Below, piece after piece: positions 47,878 to 58,900 of a stretch of DNA of 64,000 nt. The stretch is from NCBI GenBank assembly GCA_963752595.1, contig CAVVYZ010000005.1:128001-192000 (forward strand), read 5' to 3'. Position numbers and translations under genes: made by a program. Each line of letters opens with the position of its first letter. The stretch's first letter is position 1. The notes under the pieces are model-generated. The model was not told the DNA's origin, did no database searches, and worked only from the letters and a program-made list of their open reading frames with translations. The DNA comes from an uncultured delta proteobacterium. Its GTDB lineage: Bacteria > Desulfobacterota > Desulfomonilia > UBA1062.

Positions 47878-47919
47878 GAAAAGCGCCCTGATCCTTTTTA
47901 GGATCGGGGCGCTGTTTTT
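47878..47919. terminator. Intrinsic terminator after rpsA (potentially bidirectional)
   Basis: AGCGCCCTGATCCT-TTTT-AGGATCGGGGCGCT flanked by an A-rich run and a T-run. Confidence 0.8.
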
Positions 47920-47988
47920 ATCTGTATGTCCGGCCATCTCTCCTTCGCTCCCCAAAAAGGGCATGGGAGAAGACCGCATGCGGTCATA

Positions 47989-49778
47989 TCAACCCTTGTT
48001 CTTGCTGTCCTGCAGCTCCTTGAGAAGGTCTCCGAGGTTCGTGCCCACCTTTTCGCTGCCCTTCTCCTGGGTTGCGAGGTCTTCTTTTCCTGGGCCTCTT
48101 CAATGGCCTTGATGGAAAGCCCGATCTTCTTGTTTTCCGGGTTGAGCCGCAGGACCATGGCCTCTACTTCCTGGCCCACTGTGAGAACACTGGCGAGGTT
48201 CTCGATCTTGTTGCTGCTCACCTCGGATATGTGGATCATCCCTTCGACACCTTCCCGGATCTCCACAAAGGCGCCGAAATCCGTCAGAGAGGTGATCTTC
48301 CCCTTCACGATCGAGCCCACCGGGTGTTCGTTGGCAACCTGGGTGCCATGGATCGGGACTCAACTGTTTGAGGCCCAGCGAGAACTTCTCACTCTCGGGA
48401 TCAACGGTCAGCACCTTGGCCTGGATGACGTCACCCTTCTTGTAAAGCTCCCGGGGATTCTTTACCTTGGGATCCCAGGTGAGGTCGGACACATGGATAA
48501 GCCCGTCGATGTCGATGCTCTCATCCACGCTCACAAACAGGCCGAAATCCGTTACGTTCTTCACGGTTGCATTGATTACGGTTCCCGGAGGATAGTAATC
48601 ATACAGGAGATCCCAGGGGTTCGGAGATGCCTGCTTGAGACCCAGCGATATCCTCCTGTTATCCTGATCCACTCCTAAGACCACGACATTCACTTCCTGC
48701 CCCTCTTCGAGGACAGTGGAAGGATGGCGCATTCTCTTTGTCCAGAACATCTCTGAGATATGGACAAGGCCCTCTACCCCTTCTTCGACCTCGACGAATG
48801 CGCCGTAGTTCGTGATGGATGTGACCTTGCCGGAGATCTTCTTCCCGATGGGGTAGCGGTATTCGAGGCCCTCCCACGGGTCAGGCGTAAGCTGTTTCAA
48901 ACCGAGTGATATCTTCTCGGTCTCCGGGTCGAACTCGATGACCTTTACCTGAATCTGGTCGCCGGGTGATACCTTTTCCTTGGGTCCTTCAGCTTGCCCC
49001 AGGACATGTCGGTGATGTGCAGCAGACCGTCGATGCCGCCGATATCCACAAAGGCACCATAGGCCATGATGTTCTTTACCGTTCCCTTTACCACATCTCC
49101 CTTGGACAGTGTTGCGATGAGCTTTTTCTTACTCTCTTCCCTGTTCTTCTCGAGGAAGTCTCTGTGGCTTACCACCACGTTGTTCTTCTTCCTGTTGAAT
49201 TTGATGATCGCAACCTCGATTACCTGCCCGACCATCTTTTCCAGCTCTGTCTCAGAAACCGGATTGAGCGTGGCCTGGGAGGTGGGGAGGAAAGAAGGCA
49301 TACCGATGTCCACGGTGAGTCCGCCCTTGATCCGCTCGATAACCCTTCCTTTGAGGAAGGTATGTTCCTGGTAGGCCTGGATGATGTCATCCCATATCTT
49401 GATGCGCTTGGCCTTTTCTTTACTGAGCCTGATTACGCCTCTCGATGGATTGATGCTTTCGACAAGCACTTCGACTTCGTCCCCGACCGATACGGTAATT
49501 ACTCCGTTATCGTCGATGAATTCTCTGATCGAAGCCTGCCCGTCCATCTTCCTGCCGATATCGATCATGATATGTTCAGTTCCCACTTGCACGACCGTGC
49601 CTTTTACCACGGACCCCGTGGAAACGCGCTTATCAATTGTTTCTTCATAGAGAGCTTCCAGCTCGAAGTTCTTTGCGAATTCTGCCGAATCATCTGAAGT
49701 ACTACTGCTCTCCGTCATTTCCTCCTTGACCTTAGGCTCGTCTTTTTGATTTGTTTTAATTTCTTCTAGGTTATACAT
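47989..49778 (-). CDS. rpsA: 30S ribosomal protein S1 (indels)
   Basis: Repeated S1 motifs (YGAFVD.GG.DGLLHITDM, YGAFVEVEEGVEGLVHISEM, FGAFVEI..GVEGMIHISE). Confidence 0.96.
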
Positions 49779-50009
49779 AGTTCCAAATCCCCCTATCCGT
49801 CGTTCCTTATTCCTCGTTTTTCATAAGTTGGCATCCTATACAATATAGATATACAAAACACAAGCCTTTAATGGGGCGTTTCCTGGGCGCAAATGTCCTT
49901 GGGAAATAACTTTCTTAAGGCATATGGAACCGGCTTTCCCTGATATGCTATGGTATCCCTTGAATAATCGGCAGAATCTCTTTTCTTTGCTGCCTGATAC
50001 AAGAAGAAA

Positions 50010-50453
50010 TCAGTCGAGAGGATTCTTTTTCTTCTGCAGACTGGAAGGGTCCTTGAGCGCCTTGTCCAGATCGCTGAACACACGCTGCTTGTCACGGTTC
50101 TCACCCAGGGTCTTTTCGAGCTCCTTGAGCTTCGACTGCTGTTTGTTCTGGAACTGGGAAATCTCATCGGCCATGCGGGGGGCCTCACCTTCCCGCGGCA
50201 GTGCTTCGATCCGGGAGTAATCAGCGATGCCGTACCTGCATTCCGCCCCTGACACGATCATGGAGATGATTTTCTCGTCGACTAGTTTTCTCGCCATGAG
50301 CGACAGCTCTTCCTCTGAAATTTTCAACATGTCGGAAAGGTCCTTCAACGTCGGCGGCCTCTTATTGACATGTTCGAAAACCCGTATCCCTGCGACAAAA
50401 ACATGGGCTGTTTCATAGAGGTTTTTCGCAATCATAATCATTATGTATAGCAA
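50010..50453 (-). CDS. Hypothetical protein (HTH-like N-terminus, charged helical C-terminus)
   Basis: Open frame with coding-like composition (RPPTLKDLSDML..SEE). Start uncertain. Confidence 0.7.
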   Translation of the reverse strand: MLYIMIMIAKNLYETAHVFVAGIRVFEHVNKRPPTLKDLSDMLKISEEELSLMARKLVDEKIISMIVSGAECRYGIADYSRIEALPREGEAPRMADEISQFQNKQQSKLKELEKTLGENRDKQRVFSDLDKALKDPSSLQKKKNPLD

Positions 50454-50541
50454 AGACCCTCATGATGCAACTACCATTCAAGATTACCCTTGACCACGCC
50501 GATATATCATTTAAATAATGCCGCTTTAAGGAGGACAGGAA

Positions 50542-51528
50542 TTGAAAAAAACAGCCTCTCTCATCATCGGCCTTCTCTTCATCATGTGCGCCATGACGCC
50601 TGTTTGGGCAGAAGATACCGTCCATCTGGTCAAGAAAGGAGACACACTCTGGGCAATCACGAATCATTATCTGTCGAGCCCATGGAAATGGCCCATCGTG
50701 TGGTCGAATAACCAGGACATCACAAACCCCCATCTCATCTTTCCCGGAGACAACGTGATAATCTCCCGCAAAGGCGGGAAAACTACGATTACGATCGTCC
50801 CTGTCAAGCAGGCGGGAGCCTCAGCAGAACCCGCGATCTATACTCCGAATGAAGCAGCGAGCGTGAAAGAGAAAAATTTCGTGATCTCCCCACAATTTTC
50901 CACATACATCTACAGCCCGAATATACTTACAGGCTCGGGCACCATTCTGAAAAAGCAGGGGATAGGCGACCTCGCATCGAAGAACGAGACGGTCCTCATC
51001 AAGTCCTCCTCGGGTCTTACCCTGAGCAAGGGCATCACCATCGTAACAAAGGTCGCAGATGTTAAGGACAAAGACGAAGTCGTAGGGTACCTCTACAAGG
51101 CCGTCGCAGTGGCGCTGGTGGAAGAAGCTCAAGGAGACGTGTACAAAGCGACCGTTGCTTACTCCAACCAGGAAATCCGCTCAGGAGACCTCATATTTGA
51201 CGACCTTAAACCCCTCCAGCCGCTGAAGGTAAAGCTCTTCGAACCGACCCTGAAAGAGAGTGCCCGGGTGATAGACCTCTTTGGCGGGGTGAGCGGAAGC
51301 AGCTATCTCGACCTCACTTTTATCAACGTCGGCAAGGCAGATGGCGTAGACCAGGGAGCTCTCCTGAGTTTCTATAAGGAACTCGACCTGGATGAGGAAA
51401 AAACCTCGATGAGGGAGTATGAAGGGATGGCCGTTGTCCTCCAGTCTCTGGATAACAGCTGCCTGGCCCTTGTCATAGAATCCAAAGGACCCATTCAGAG
51501 AGACTTCATTGCGGTAGGGGTCCAATAA
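50542..51528 (+). CDS. Secreted LysM domain protein
   Basis: AAGGAGG RBS, signal peptide, VKKGDTLWAI...W.WP.VW..N..I.NPHLIFPG. Confidence 0.9.
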   Translation: MKKTASLIIGLLFIMCAMTPVWAEDTVHLVKKGDTLWAITNHYLSSPWKWPIVWSNNQDITNPHLIFPGDNVIISRKGGKTTITIVPVKQAGASAEPAIYTPNEAASVKEKNFVISPQFSTYIYSPNILTGSGTILKKQGIGDLASKNETVLIKSSSGLTLSKGITIVTKVADVKDKDEVVGYLYKAVAVALVEEAQGDVYKATVAYSNQEIRSGDLIFDDLKPLQPLKVKLFEPTLKESARVIDLFGGVSGSSYLDLTFINVGKADGVDQGALLSFYKELDLDEEKTSMREYEGMAVVLQSLDNSCLALVIESKGPIQRDFIAVGVQ

Positions 51529-51588
51529 AAAAGTCATCCGTTCATCCAAGGCCCCTCACGAGGGGTCTTGGATGCATGTCCGAACATT

Positions 51589-51900
51589 TCAGTAAGGAAT
51601 GCCCTGATACGAGAGGAGAAGGTCAAGCCCTTTGTCGTCTGTCCGGGTAAAAGCGACAGCCATACCCGAATCCGTCTTCCGTATGATGCGCCCCTGGGTC
51701 CATATGATCTTGCCGAATTCCGCTGCATCCAGGCTTGCAATAACGTACCCGTCTACATTATCAGGAGGGTTCTCGGTGAAAACGAACATGCCTCCTCTGC
51801 TGATGTTTCTCACCGTGCCGACCTTATAAGCATATCCGTTATCGCGGTATGCCACCTTCAAATCTACCCTGGCCCTCTTGTGCGCCCTCAGCTCTTCCAT
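51589..51900 (-). CDS. Stand-alone PilZ domain protein
   Basis: RAHKR (RxxxR) and NISRGG (D/NxSxxG) motifs; GMAVAF. Confidence 0.85.
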   Translation of the reverse strand: MEELRAHKRARVDLKVAYRDNGYAYKVGTVRNISRGGMFVFTENPPDNVDGYVIASLDAAEFGKIIWTQGRIIRKTDSGMAVAFTRTDDKGLDLLLSYQGIPY

Positions 51901-52071
51901 GTACTTTAAGAATTCTCCTATCAAGGATAAAGGGAAACAAAGCCGGTATCCCTGCATAGGATAAACGGCGGATTTCCCTGCCACAGCATCTTATAATAAA
52001 AGCATATTTTCATCCGATGAGTCAAGACACGTTCAGCCCGGCCTCCCGGCAAGAAAGGATGAGAGCGTTTA

Positions 52072-52099
52072 TTGACTAAGAAATGAATACTGCTAATAT
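52072..52099 (+). promoter_or_regulatory. Putative sigma70 promoter of hpt
   Basis: TTGACT-N16-TAATAT with a TG extended -10 element. Confidence 0.45.
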
Positions 52100-52172
52100 C
52101 TTGATAATTTAGTCACTTAAAACATCATACACTGCGTTGACACCCTCTGTCCAATAGGATATAGACGATTCT

Positions 52173-52685
52173 ATGAAGGTTTTATATCCTGCCAGCGAAA
52201 TCACAGGAAGGGTCCGGGAACTGGGAGAAAAGATAACAGCCGAATATCAGGGGAAGGAGCTTTTCATTGTCGGTATACTCAAAGGCGGATTCATATTCGT
52301 ATCCGATCTTGTCAGGCACGTGAATCTTCCCCTCAAGATCGAATTTGTCCGGCTCTCCAGTTACGGCTGTTCGGACAGCCCCCAGGCAGAAGTGAAAATC
52401 ATTGACGATGTAAGCGACGCTGTGAAAGGCAAGCACGTCCTGATCGTTGACGATATCATGGATACCGGGAACAGCCTCTTCTGCTTTAAACAACACCTGG
52501 AAAGCAAAGGCCCGGCTTCGGTAAAGATCTGCACCATGATAAACAAGACATCCCGCAGGAAGACCGCTGTCGAACCTGATTATTACGGTTTCAGGGTAAC
52601 GGACGGATTCATTGTGGGATATGGGTTGGACTATGCCGAAGATTTCCGCGGACTGCCGGATATATGCGTGCTGGAAGGCAAGTGA
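52173..52685 (+). CDS. hpt: Hypoxanthine phosphoribosyltransferase
   Basis: GILKGG, SSYG, VLIVDDIMDTG, FIVGYGLDY. Confidence 0.95.
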   Translation: MKVLYPASEITGRVRELGEKITAEYQGKELFIVGILKGGFIFVSDLVRHVNLPLKIEFVRLSSYGCSDSPQAEVKIIDDVSDAVKGKHVLIVDDIMDTGNSLFCFKQHLESKGPASVKICTMINKTSRRKTAVEPDYYGFRVTDGFIVGYGLDYAEDFRGLPDICVLEGK

Positions 52686-52699
52686 CAGGAGGTATCCCC

Positions 52700-53651
52700 T
52701 TGACAGTGGTTGAATGCCCGGAATGCAGAAGCAAATTTAAAATCAATAAAGATCTCAAGCCAAAAGAGAAAGTGAAGATGCGCTGCAGCGTATGCTCCCA
52801 TGTCTTTTCCTTCTCCCCGGCTGAGGAAGATATCACCGATAAAGATTTTGACCTCCTCATCGGCACGAATGATGGAGAATTGGAAGAAAAGCCTCGCCAA
52901 GAACCACCCCAGGCACAGCCTCAGGAGTCCCTCTCTCAGGATATGAACGAGGAAATTACCGAGACTGCTGAAGAAGAGACCCCTGAAGAGGCTGATGGGA
53001 AGGCGAAGACTGATGAAGCCGAGATCGAGCCTGAATCCGTTATACGGGAAATCGACTCCATTCTCGGGTGCAGGAGATGAAGTCCCATCCAAGGATGAAG
53101 CAGCGGGTCCGGAGATAGGTTCCGAGGAGAGGATGCCTCTCAAGTTCAAGATTTCCCTGGTACTTGTCATCCTCCTTTTTATAGGGATCGGCCTCTGGGT
53201 CATGAGGGATTCTCTCCCGTTCTTCCGGAACTCTCAAGGAGATCTGAGCAGCCCCGTCCTCGAGAGAGGCCCCTTCTTTTCCATCCCGGATGAAGGGGTT
53301 ACGTATGAAATCCTTGCCAATAACAGCGAAGGATCTGTCCTGGTCGTGAAAGGTGTAATCAAGAAACTCAGTCCCAAGCCGTTGAAATCGGTCTTGATCG
53401 AAGCGCGGGTATATGATCAGAACAACAATCTCATCGAGAGCCGGAGTGCCTATGCCGGTATCGTACCCGAGTCGGCCGAGCTGATGCGGCAAAAGAGCTC
53501 GGATATCGATACCCTGCTCACTGCCGAGCCGAGGACACTGGGCGTCTTGGAAACGTCTCCTGACATCCCCTTTGCCGTTGCGTTCTTCGGCAGGCCGGCA
53601 CGGGAGGGATCTTCTTTCCAGGTAGAAGTGAAGGAATTTCACTGGAAATAA
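52700..53651 (+). CDS. MJ0042-type zinc-ribbon / TM / DUF3426-like protein (frameshift near 53070)
   Basis: GGAGG RBS, CPECRSKF...RCSVCSHVF, acidic linker, TM helix, extracytoplasmic beta domain. Confidence 0.8.
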
Positions 53652-53793
53652 AAAGGGGCAGACAGCATCCGTGATTATGTCTCCCGAATTGCAAAGCTTC
53701 CCGATGCCCCTATCTATATACCTAGGTGCTCGATCGGTCATGGCACATGATATTTGTCCGTCCATCATAATCTCATCAACCGGTTGAAATTCC

Positions 53794-54207
53794 ATGAGGA
53801 TAATGGGTATCGATTATGGAACAAAACGGATCGGGGTGGCGATCAGTGATCCGTCGTGTACTATGGCCCACCCCCTTGATACGATTCTCGTGCGGGAGGA
53901 TGGTTCCCATATGGAGCTGCTGAAAGGGATCGTCCGTGATTATGATGTGCAGAAGATCGTGGTGGGCCTTCCCTACAACATGGACGGCAGCGAGGGCGAG
54001 AGCGCGAACAAGGTGATGCAGTGGTCCGGTGAACTTGGGATCTCGCTTGGTCTGCCTGTGGAACTCTGGGATGAGAGGCTTACCACATCCGAAGCCCATG
54101 AATTCCTCATGCACTTCAAGGTCAAAGGCCCCAAGAGAAGGCAGATCGTAGATAAGATCGCTGCGAGCATCATCCTAAAAAGTTATCTGGATGCGACACA
54201 CTCATGA
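53794..54207 (+). CDS. ruvX: Holliday junction resolvase-like / pre-16S rRNA nuclease YqgF
   Basis: GIDYGTKRIGVAISD, VVGLP, DERLTT, VDKIAA. Confidence 0.95.
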   Translation: MRIMGIDYGTKRIGVAISDPSCTMAHPLDTILVREDGSHMELLKGIVRDYDVQKIVVGLPYNMDGSEGESANKVMQWSGELGISLGLPVELWDERLTTSEAHEFLMHFKVKGPKRRQIVDKIAASIILKSYLDATHS

Positions 54208-55199
54208 AGACTGCCTGGCACGGGATCATCATCCTCATCGCTTCTGTTCTGGTTGTCATCACAACCCATACGTACATGTTCATGATCACCCCGAAAATCC
54301 CGCCGAGGCCCCTGATGATAGACATCAAACCGGGCACGAGTGCATGGAAGATCTCCCGCGAACTGGAGAATCAGGGTATAATTACCAATGACGCCATGTT
54401 CATGACTCTGGCCGTCCTCACGGGCAAAGTTACCCGTCTCCAGGCCGGCACCTATGTCTTTGAAGGGAAGCATTACCCCATGGATATCATCCTCATCCTC
54501 TTCAAGGGCAGGACCATGCGGTACCGGATCACCATCCCGGAAGGGTCGACCGTTTACGATATCGGCGCCATCGTCGCTGAAACAGGGCTCTTAAGCAAAA
54601 CCGACTTCATCAGCAGTGCACAGGACATCAAGACAACGAGATTTTTCGGTATCGATGCACCGTCCATGGAGGGCTTCCTCTATCCCGATACGTATTATCT
54701 GGCCCCCCATATGACGCCGCTGGAGATCATGGCGAAAATGGTAAGCCGTTTTCATGATGTATGTTCCCCGGATATGAGGGAACGGCTCCGGGAGCTGGAC
54801 ATGACCTGGCACCAAGTCCTGACCCTGGCTTCTATTATCCAGAAGGAAGCGGTTTCTCCAAAAGAGAAGCCTGTCATCTCATCGGTATTTCATAATCGTC
54901 TCAGATATAATATGCAGCTCCAATCGGACCCGACTGCGGTATACGGTATTGACGGGTTCCGCCGGAAAATCCTTCCCGAAGATATCAGGCGCGATAATCC
55001 TTACAACACCTACAAATGTAAAGGGCTCCCTCCGGGGCCCATCTGCAACCCGGACCTCGGGTCTATCCGGGCAGCCCTGTGGCCTGCACGAACGAACTAC
55101 CTTTTCTTCGTTTCCAAGGGCAACGGCACGCATTATTTCTCCAGGACATACGAGGAACACAGTCGGGCAATCCAGATGGGGAAGACCGTATTTAAATAG
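54204..55199 (+). CDS. mltG: Endolytic transglycosylase MltG
   Basis: TIPEG, EGFLYPDTY, LASIIQKE, LQSDPT, GLPPGPICNP. Confidence 0.95.
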   Translation: MKTAWHGIIILIASVLVVITTHTYMFMITPKIPPRPLMIDIKPGTSAWKISRELENQGIITNDAMFMTLAVLTGKVTRLQAGTYVFEGKHYPMDIILILFKGRTMRYRITIPEGSTVYDIGAIVAETGLLSKTDFISSAQDIKTTRFFGIDAPSMEGFLYPDTYYLAPHMTPLEIMAKMVSRFHDVCSPDMRERLRELDMTWHQVLTLASIIQKEAVSPKEKPVISSVFHNRLRYNMQLQSDPTAVYGIDGFRRKILPEDIRRDNPYNTYKCKGLPPGPICNPDLGSIRAALWPARTNYLFFVSKGNGTHYFSRTYEEHSRAIQMGKTVFK

Positions 55200-55290
55200 C
55201 ACGTGATCCTTCGTTTCTGAAAGGTTAAGCGGAAGCGGTTATAAATATCGGACGGAAATTCAGAAGCCTAAAAACAATACGTTTTATCCC

Positions 55291-55318
55291 TAAAGTAAAA
55301 TCTCCCCAAGTACGATAG
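55291..55318 (+). promoter_or_regulatory. Putative sigma28 promoter of the REC / REC-HD-GYP operon
   Basis: TAAA-N16-TACGATAG ending 8 nt before the ATG at 55327; no Shine-Dalgarno sequence visible. Confidence 0.5.
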
Positions 55319-55326
55319 AAACGTTC

Positions 55327-55940
55327 ATGAATCGCTTGCGTGCAGCCATCATCGACGATGATGCAGGGATACTGGACCTTATTGAGCAGATACTCAAGGA
55401 AGAAGGTATAGATGTCAGACGTTATTCCCAGGCAGAGGAATTCCTGACTCATCTTGAGGCATACGATCTGGACATCATTATCTCAGACCTCATGCTTCCC
55501 GGAATGTCCGGGCTCGACCTGCTCGACGATCTCAATTCCCGGGGCAAGGAAATCCCGGTAGTGATCATAACCGGTTACGCGTCACTTGATTCGGCTATCG
55601 AGGCAGTGAACAGAGGCGCATTTCAATATATAAAAAAGCCGTTCAATATCGAAGAAATACGGTTCGTGATCAACCGCCTCAGGCAGCGCAGGGATACCAT
55701 GAAGGAGATGGAGAGGCTTAAGAGTCAGGTAAAATCATTGCAGGAAAGGATCGGGGAAGAAGGCAAAGAAGACCCCGGAATATCCTTCCGCTCTCGCCCT
55801 TGAGCCTTATCCAGGAGACTACGGATGTAAGCAAAGCCCTTTCCGCCATCGAATTCCTCGGGCGGCTGAAATCAGACGGGTTCATTTCCGAAAAGGAATT
55901 CGGCGATTATAAGGGAAAGATTCTCAAAAGGATCATATAA
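55327..55940 (+). CDS. Response regulator receiver with coiled coil and C-terminal SHOCT-like domain (frameshift near 55795)
   Basis: IIDDD, SDLMLPG, KPF. The shifted frame reads LGRLKSDGFISEKEFGDYKGKIL and ends TAA overlapping the next ATG. Confidence 0.8.
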
Positions 55941-57364
55941 TGCATGATAAAGTGTTGATCGTCGATGATGATCCGGGAATCCGCAGCACAATTTCAGAGT
56001 TGATCCAGGAACTCGGGTACGAGTCCGAGACTGCATCGGACGGTGTGGATGCTGTGGGCCTCCTTGATTCCGGGCCCTACCTGTGCGTGTTTACGGATAT
56101 CATGATGCCCAACATGAGCGGGCTGGAGCTCATACGGAAGATCAAGGCGCGGGATGTCTCGCTGCCCATTATCGTCATCACGGGATACGCATCGCTGGAA
56201 ATCGCCATAGAGGCCATGAAATACGGCGCTTCAGATTTTATCTCAAAGCCGTTCAAGGTCAAACAGATCGAGCTCCTGCTCAATAAGGTGAAGCGAGAAA
56301 AGCTGCTTCTTGAAGAGAACAGGCGATTCTCCGATACCCTGCACCTTCACCGGCTCATCGACAACCTCGTGGGACAGCTCGAAGACAAAAACGAGGAGAT
56401 TCTTTCCCTGCAGGAGATATCGGAGAAGATCATCAGCCTGAAAGGGATCCGGGATCTTGTCGGTGCGATCATCGATGTTTCCAAACAGCTCCTTGACGAA
56501 GCAGATGTGCGGTTCTTCCCGCTGAGCAGAAAGGAAAACAAGCTCATCGACACAGAGAGCGGGAAAGAACTGCCGGTTGATCCCGTCCTTCTTCAGGGGA
56601 ATATAGTGAGGAAGAACAGCTCGGGAACGCAGCTCGTGGATAAATTCGAAACCATCTTCCCGCTCATGATCGAGGGGCAGGTCTTCGGAGCCCTTTTCAT
56701 AATTTCATCCACCATCCTGGGTGAAGATAAGGAAGGGAAAATCCAGTATCTCCTCAACCGCTCCGCTGAGAGGCTGGAGAATGTGGCGCTCTACGAAGGC
56801 CTCTATGAGAACATGCTTTCCACCTTGAACAGCATGGCCAAGATACTCGATGCACGGGATCCCCATACATCCCAGCATTCCACCCGTGTCACCACCCTGT
56901 CCATGTCCATGGCGGAAGCGCTCGAACTTACGGAGGAAGAACGCGATACCCTTTTCATAGCGGCTTCACTGCATGACATCGGGAAAGTGGGTATCCCCGA
57001 CAACATCCTGCTGAAACGCGGCAAGCTCACCGACGAAGAATTCGATTTCATCAAGAGACACCCGGATATCGGGGCCGATATCCTCAAACCCCTGCCCCCA
57101 ATGGCTAAAGAGACAGAGATCATCCGGCACCACCATGAGCGGTTTGACGGAAGAGGATACCCTTCGGGATTGAAGGAAATAGAAATTCCCTACCTGTCAC
57201 GGATCATTTCCCTGGCCGATTCATTCGATGCCATGACCTCGGACCGGCCGTACAGGAAAGGCATGTCCGTAGCAGAGGCGGTTGCAGAAATCAATCAGTG
57301 CAAGGGAAAACAGTTCGACCCTGTCCTTGCAGATATTTTCATAGAAAAGGTTGCAGGCAGCTGA
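55940..57364 (+). CDS. Response regulator with HD-GYP c-di-GMP phosphodiesterase domain
   Basis: Receiver domain; ARDPHT..HS.RV, LHDIGK, HHERFDGRGYP, ADSFDAMTSDRPYR. Confidence 0.93.
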   Translation: MHDKVLIVDDDPGIRSTISELIQELGYESETASDGVDAVGLLDSGPYLCVFTDIMMPNMSGLELIRKIKARDVSLPIIVITGYASLEIAIEAMKYGASDFISKPFKVKQIELLLNKVKREKLLLEENRRFSDTLHLHRLIDNLVGQLEDKNEEILSLQEISEKIISLKGIRDLVGAIIDVSKQLLDEADVRFFPLSRKENKLIDTESGKELPVDPVLLQGNIVRKNSSGTQLVDKFETIFPLMIEGQVFGALFIISSTILGEDKEGKIQYLLNRSAERLENVALYEGLYENMLSTLNSMAKILDARDPHTSQHSTRVTTLSMSMAEALELTEEERDTLFIAASLHDIGKVGIPDNILLKRGKLTDEEFDFIKRHPDIGADILKPLPPMAKETEIIRHHHERFDGRGYPSGLKEIEIPYLSRIISLADSFDAMTSDRPYRKGMSVAEAVAEINQCKGKQFDPVLADIFIEKVAGS

Positions 57365-57387
57365 TACATTCAAACGAAGGGCAGATG

Positions 57388-57765
57388 CTAGGGCACCCGG
57401 CCGGTGGTGTTCGTTACCTGGGTGAGGTTGCGGACCTGCTGCCTCAGGCGCTGGTTTTCAGCTTCAAGATTTCGCACCCTCTGTGACAGCGTCGAGACCA
57501 TCCCGGAATTATCATCAGCGGGTTGCTGGTTCTTCTGCCTGAGCATGCCCACTTCCGTCTCCAGGCTGTCCACCTTGGCGCCGAGTTCCTCATTTTTGTT
57601 CTCTATGGTTGCAATATAATTAATCGTGTCCTGGAGGTTCTGCTTGTAGTCCTCTTGCTTGTGCCTGTCCGATCCCCATATCAAATAGCCCAGAATCAAC
57701 CCGACCAGCGTGGGTATCACGACGAGAATCAAAGGCGTGTAGGATCTTTTTTTCTCTTCCGTCAT
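57388..57765 (-). CDS. Hypothetical membrane-anchored coiled-coil protein
   Basis: GGAGG RBS, single TM helix, heptad-rich C-terminus. Confidence 0.75.
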   Translation of the reverse strand: MTEEKKRSYTPLILVVIPTLVGLILGYLIWGSDRHKQEDYKQNLQDTINYIATIENKNEELGAKVDSLETEVGMLRQKNQQPADDNSGMVSTLSQRVRNLEAENQRLRQQVRNLTQVTNTTGRVP

Positions 57766-57966
57766 AAACCGCCTCCCCTTTCATACTTCATCTTCAAGAA
57801 TCTCAATATATCATATAACCATTTTACGATTTATTCTCACCATCAGATACAGGACGGCAAGCTTTCTTTGTCTGTATAATGAACCACCTGGGTAGTTCTG
57901 TCCAGGATTTTAAATCCTTTTTAGCTTCTATTTTGACAACAGGGGAATATATGATAATGAAACGCC

Positions 57967-58899
57967 ATGAATATAGCCATAATCGGTGCCCGGAGGTCGA
58001 GAAACGGCATCGGCGAGTACATCGGGAAGTTTTTTCATCGGAATAGCGTAAACATTCTCTGCGTACTCGGGACAACCATGGAGACCGCCGCGGAGGCATC
58101 CGAAGCCCTGAAAAGGCATGGGATTGACGCCAGGCCGTACCGGGACTTTTCCGAGATGACAGCGACAGAAGACCTCGACGCCGTTGCCGTAGCTTCACCT
58201 GAACAGACACACCGTTCATATCTGGGTGCCTGCCTCGAGCAGGGCTTGTCGGTGTTCTGTGAAAAGCCGTTCCTCGATCCCGGCCGGAAAGATTCCGCTG
58301 ATATTCTGAAAGCACTTTTCGCGCTTTCCAAAGAAAAAGAGGCGGTCGTAGCCATGAACTCGCAGTGGCCCTTCTGCCTTCCTTCCTACGAGCAGCTGTG
58401 CGGGAGGATCGACCCCGGCCGTGCCGGACGTTTTTTCATGCGTCTGTCTCCGGTCTGCGAAGGCATAGATATGATCCCGGACTCTGTCCCCCATTGCCTG
58501 AGCATCCTCCACACCGCCCTGGGGAAAGGAGAGCTTGCAGACCTTTTCTTCGATGAGGAGCCGGGCCGTATGGATATCCGCTTTGCCTACATATCACCGA
58601 ACGGACCCTGCGAGGTGTCCCTGTCCCTCGTCAGGGAAACGGCCCAGCCGAGGACGATGTCTTTCGGTTTCAATGACAGGATCGTCCGGAGGATCATCGA
58701 CAAAGCGACATACGATATCCGCCTCGCCTTCGAAGGAAATGAGGTGAGTATCCCCGATCCTCTGGAACTCTCCGTGAGAGATTTCATCCACGCATGCGAA
58801 TCAGGCAGGGAGCCCATGATCGGCCAAGACCATATTACTGCTACGACGCTGCTTTTAAAGCAAATATATGATGCATATGTCCGACTGAAAAGAGGTTGA
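57967..58899 (+). CDS. Gfo/Idh/MocA family oxidoreductase
   Basis: NIAIIGA, DLDAVAVASP..TH, VFCEKP. Confidence 0.85.
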   Translation: MNIAIIGARRSRNGIGEYIGKFFHRNSVNILCVLGTTMETAAEASEALKRHGIDARPYRDFSEMTATEDLDAVAVASPEQTHRSYLGACLEQGLSVFCEKPFLDPGRKDSADILKALFALSKEKEAVVAMNSQWPFCLPSYEQLCGRIDPGRAGRFFMRLSPVCEGIDMIPDSVPHCLSILHTALGKGELADLFFDEEPGRMDIRFAYISPNGPCEVSLSLVRETAQPRTMSFGFNDRIVRRIIDKATYDIRLAFEGNEVSIPDPLELSVRDFIHACESGREPMIGQDHITATTLLLKQIYDAYVRLKRG

Positions 58900-58900
58900 A

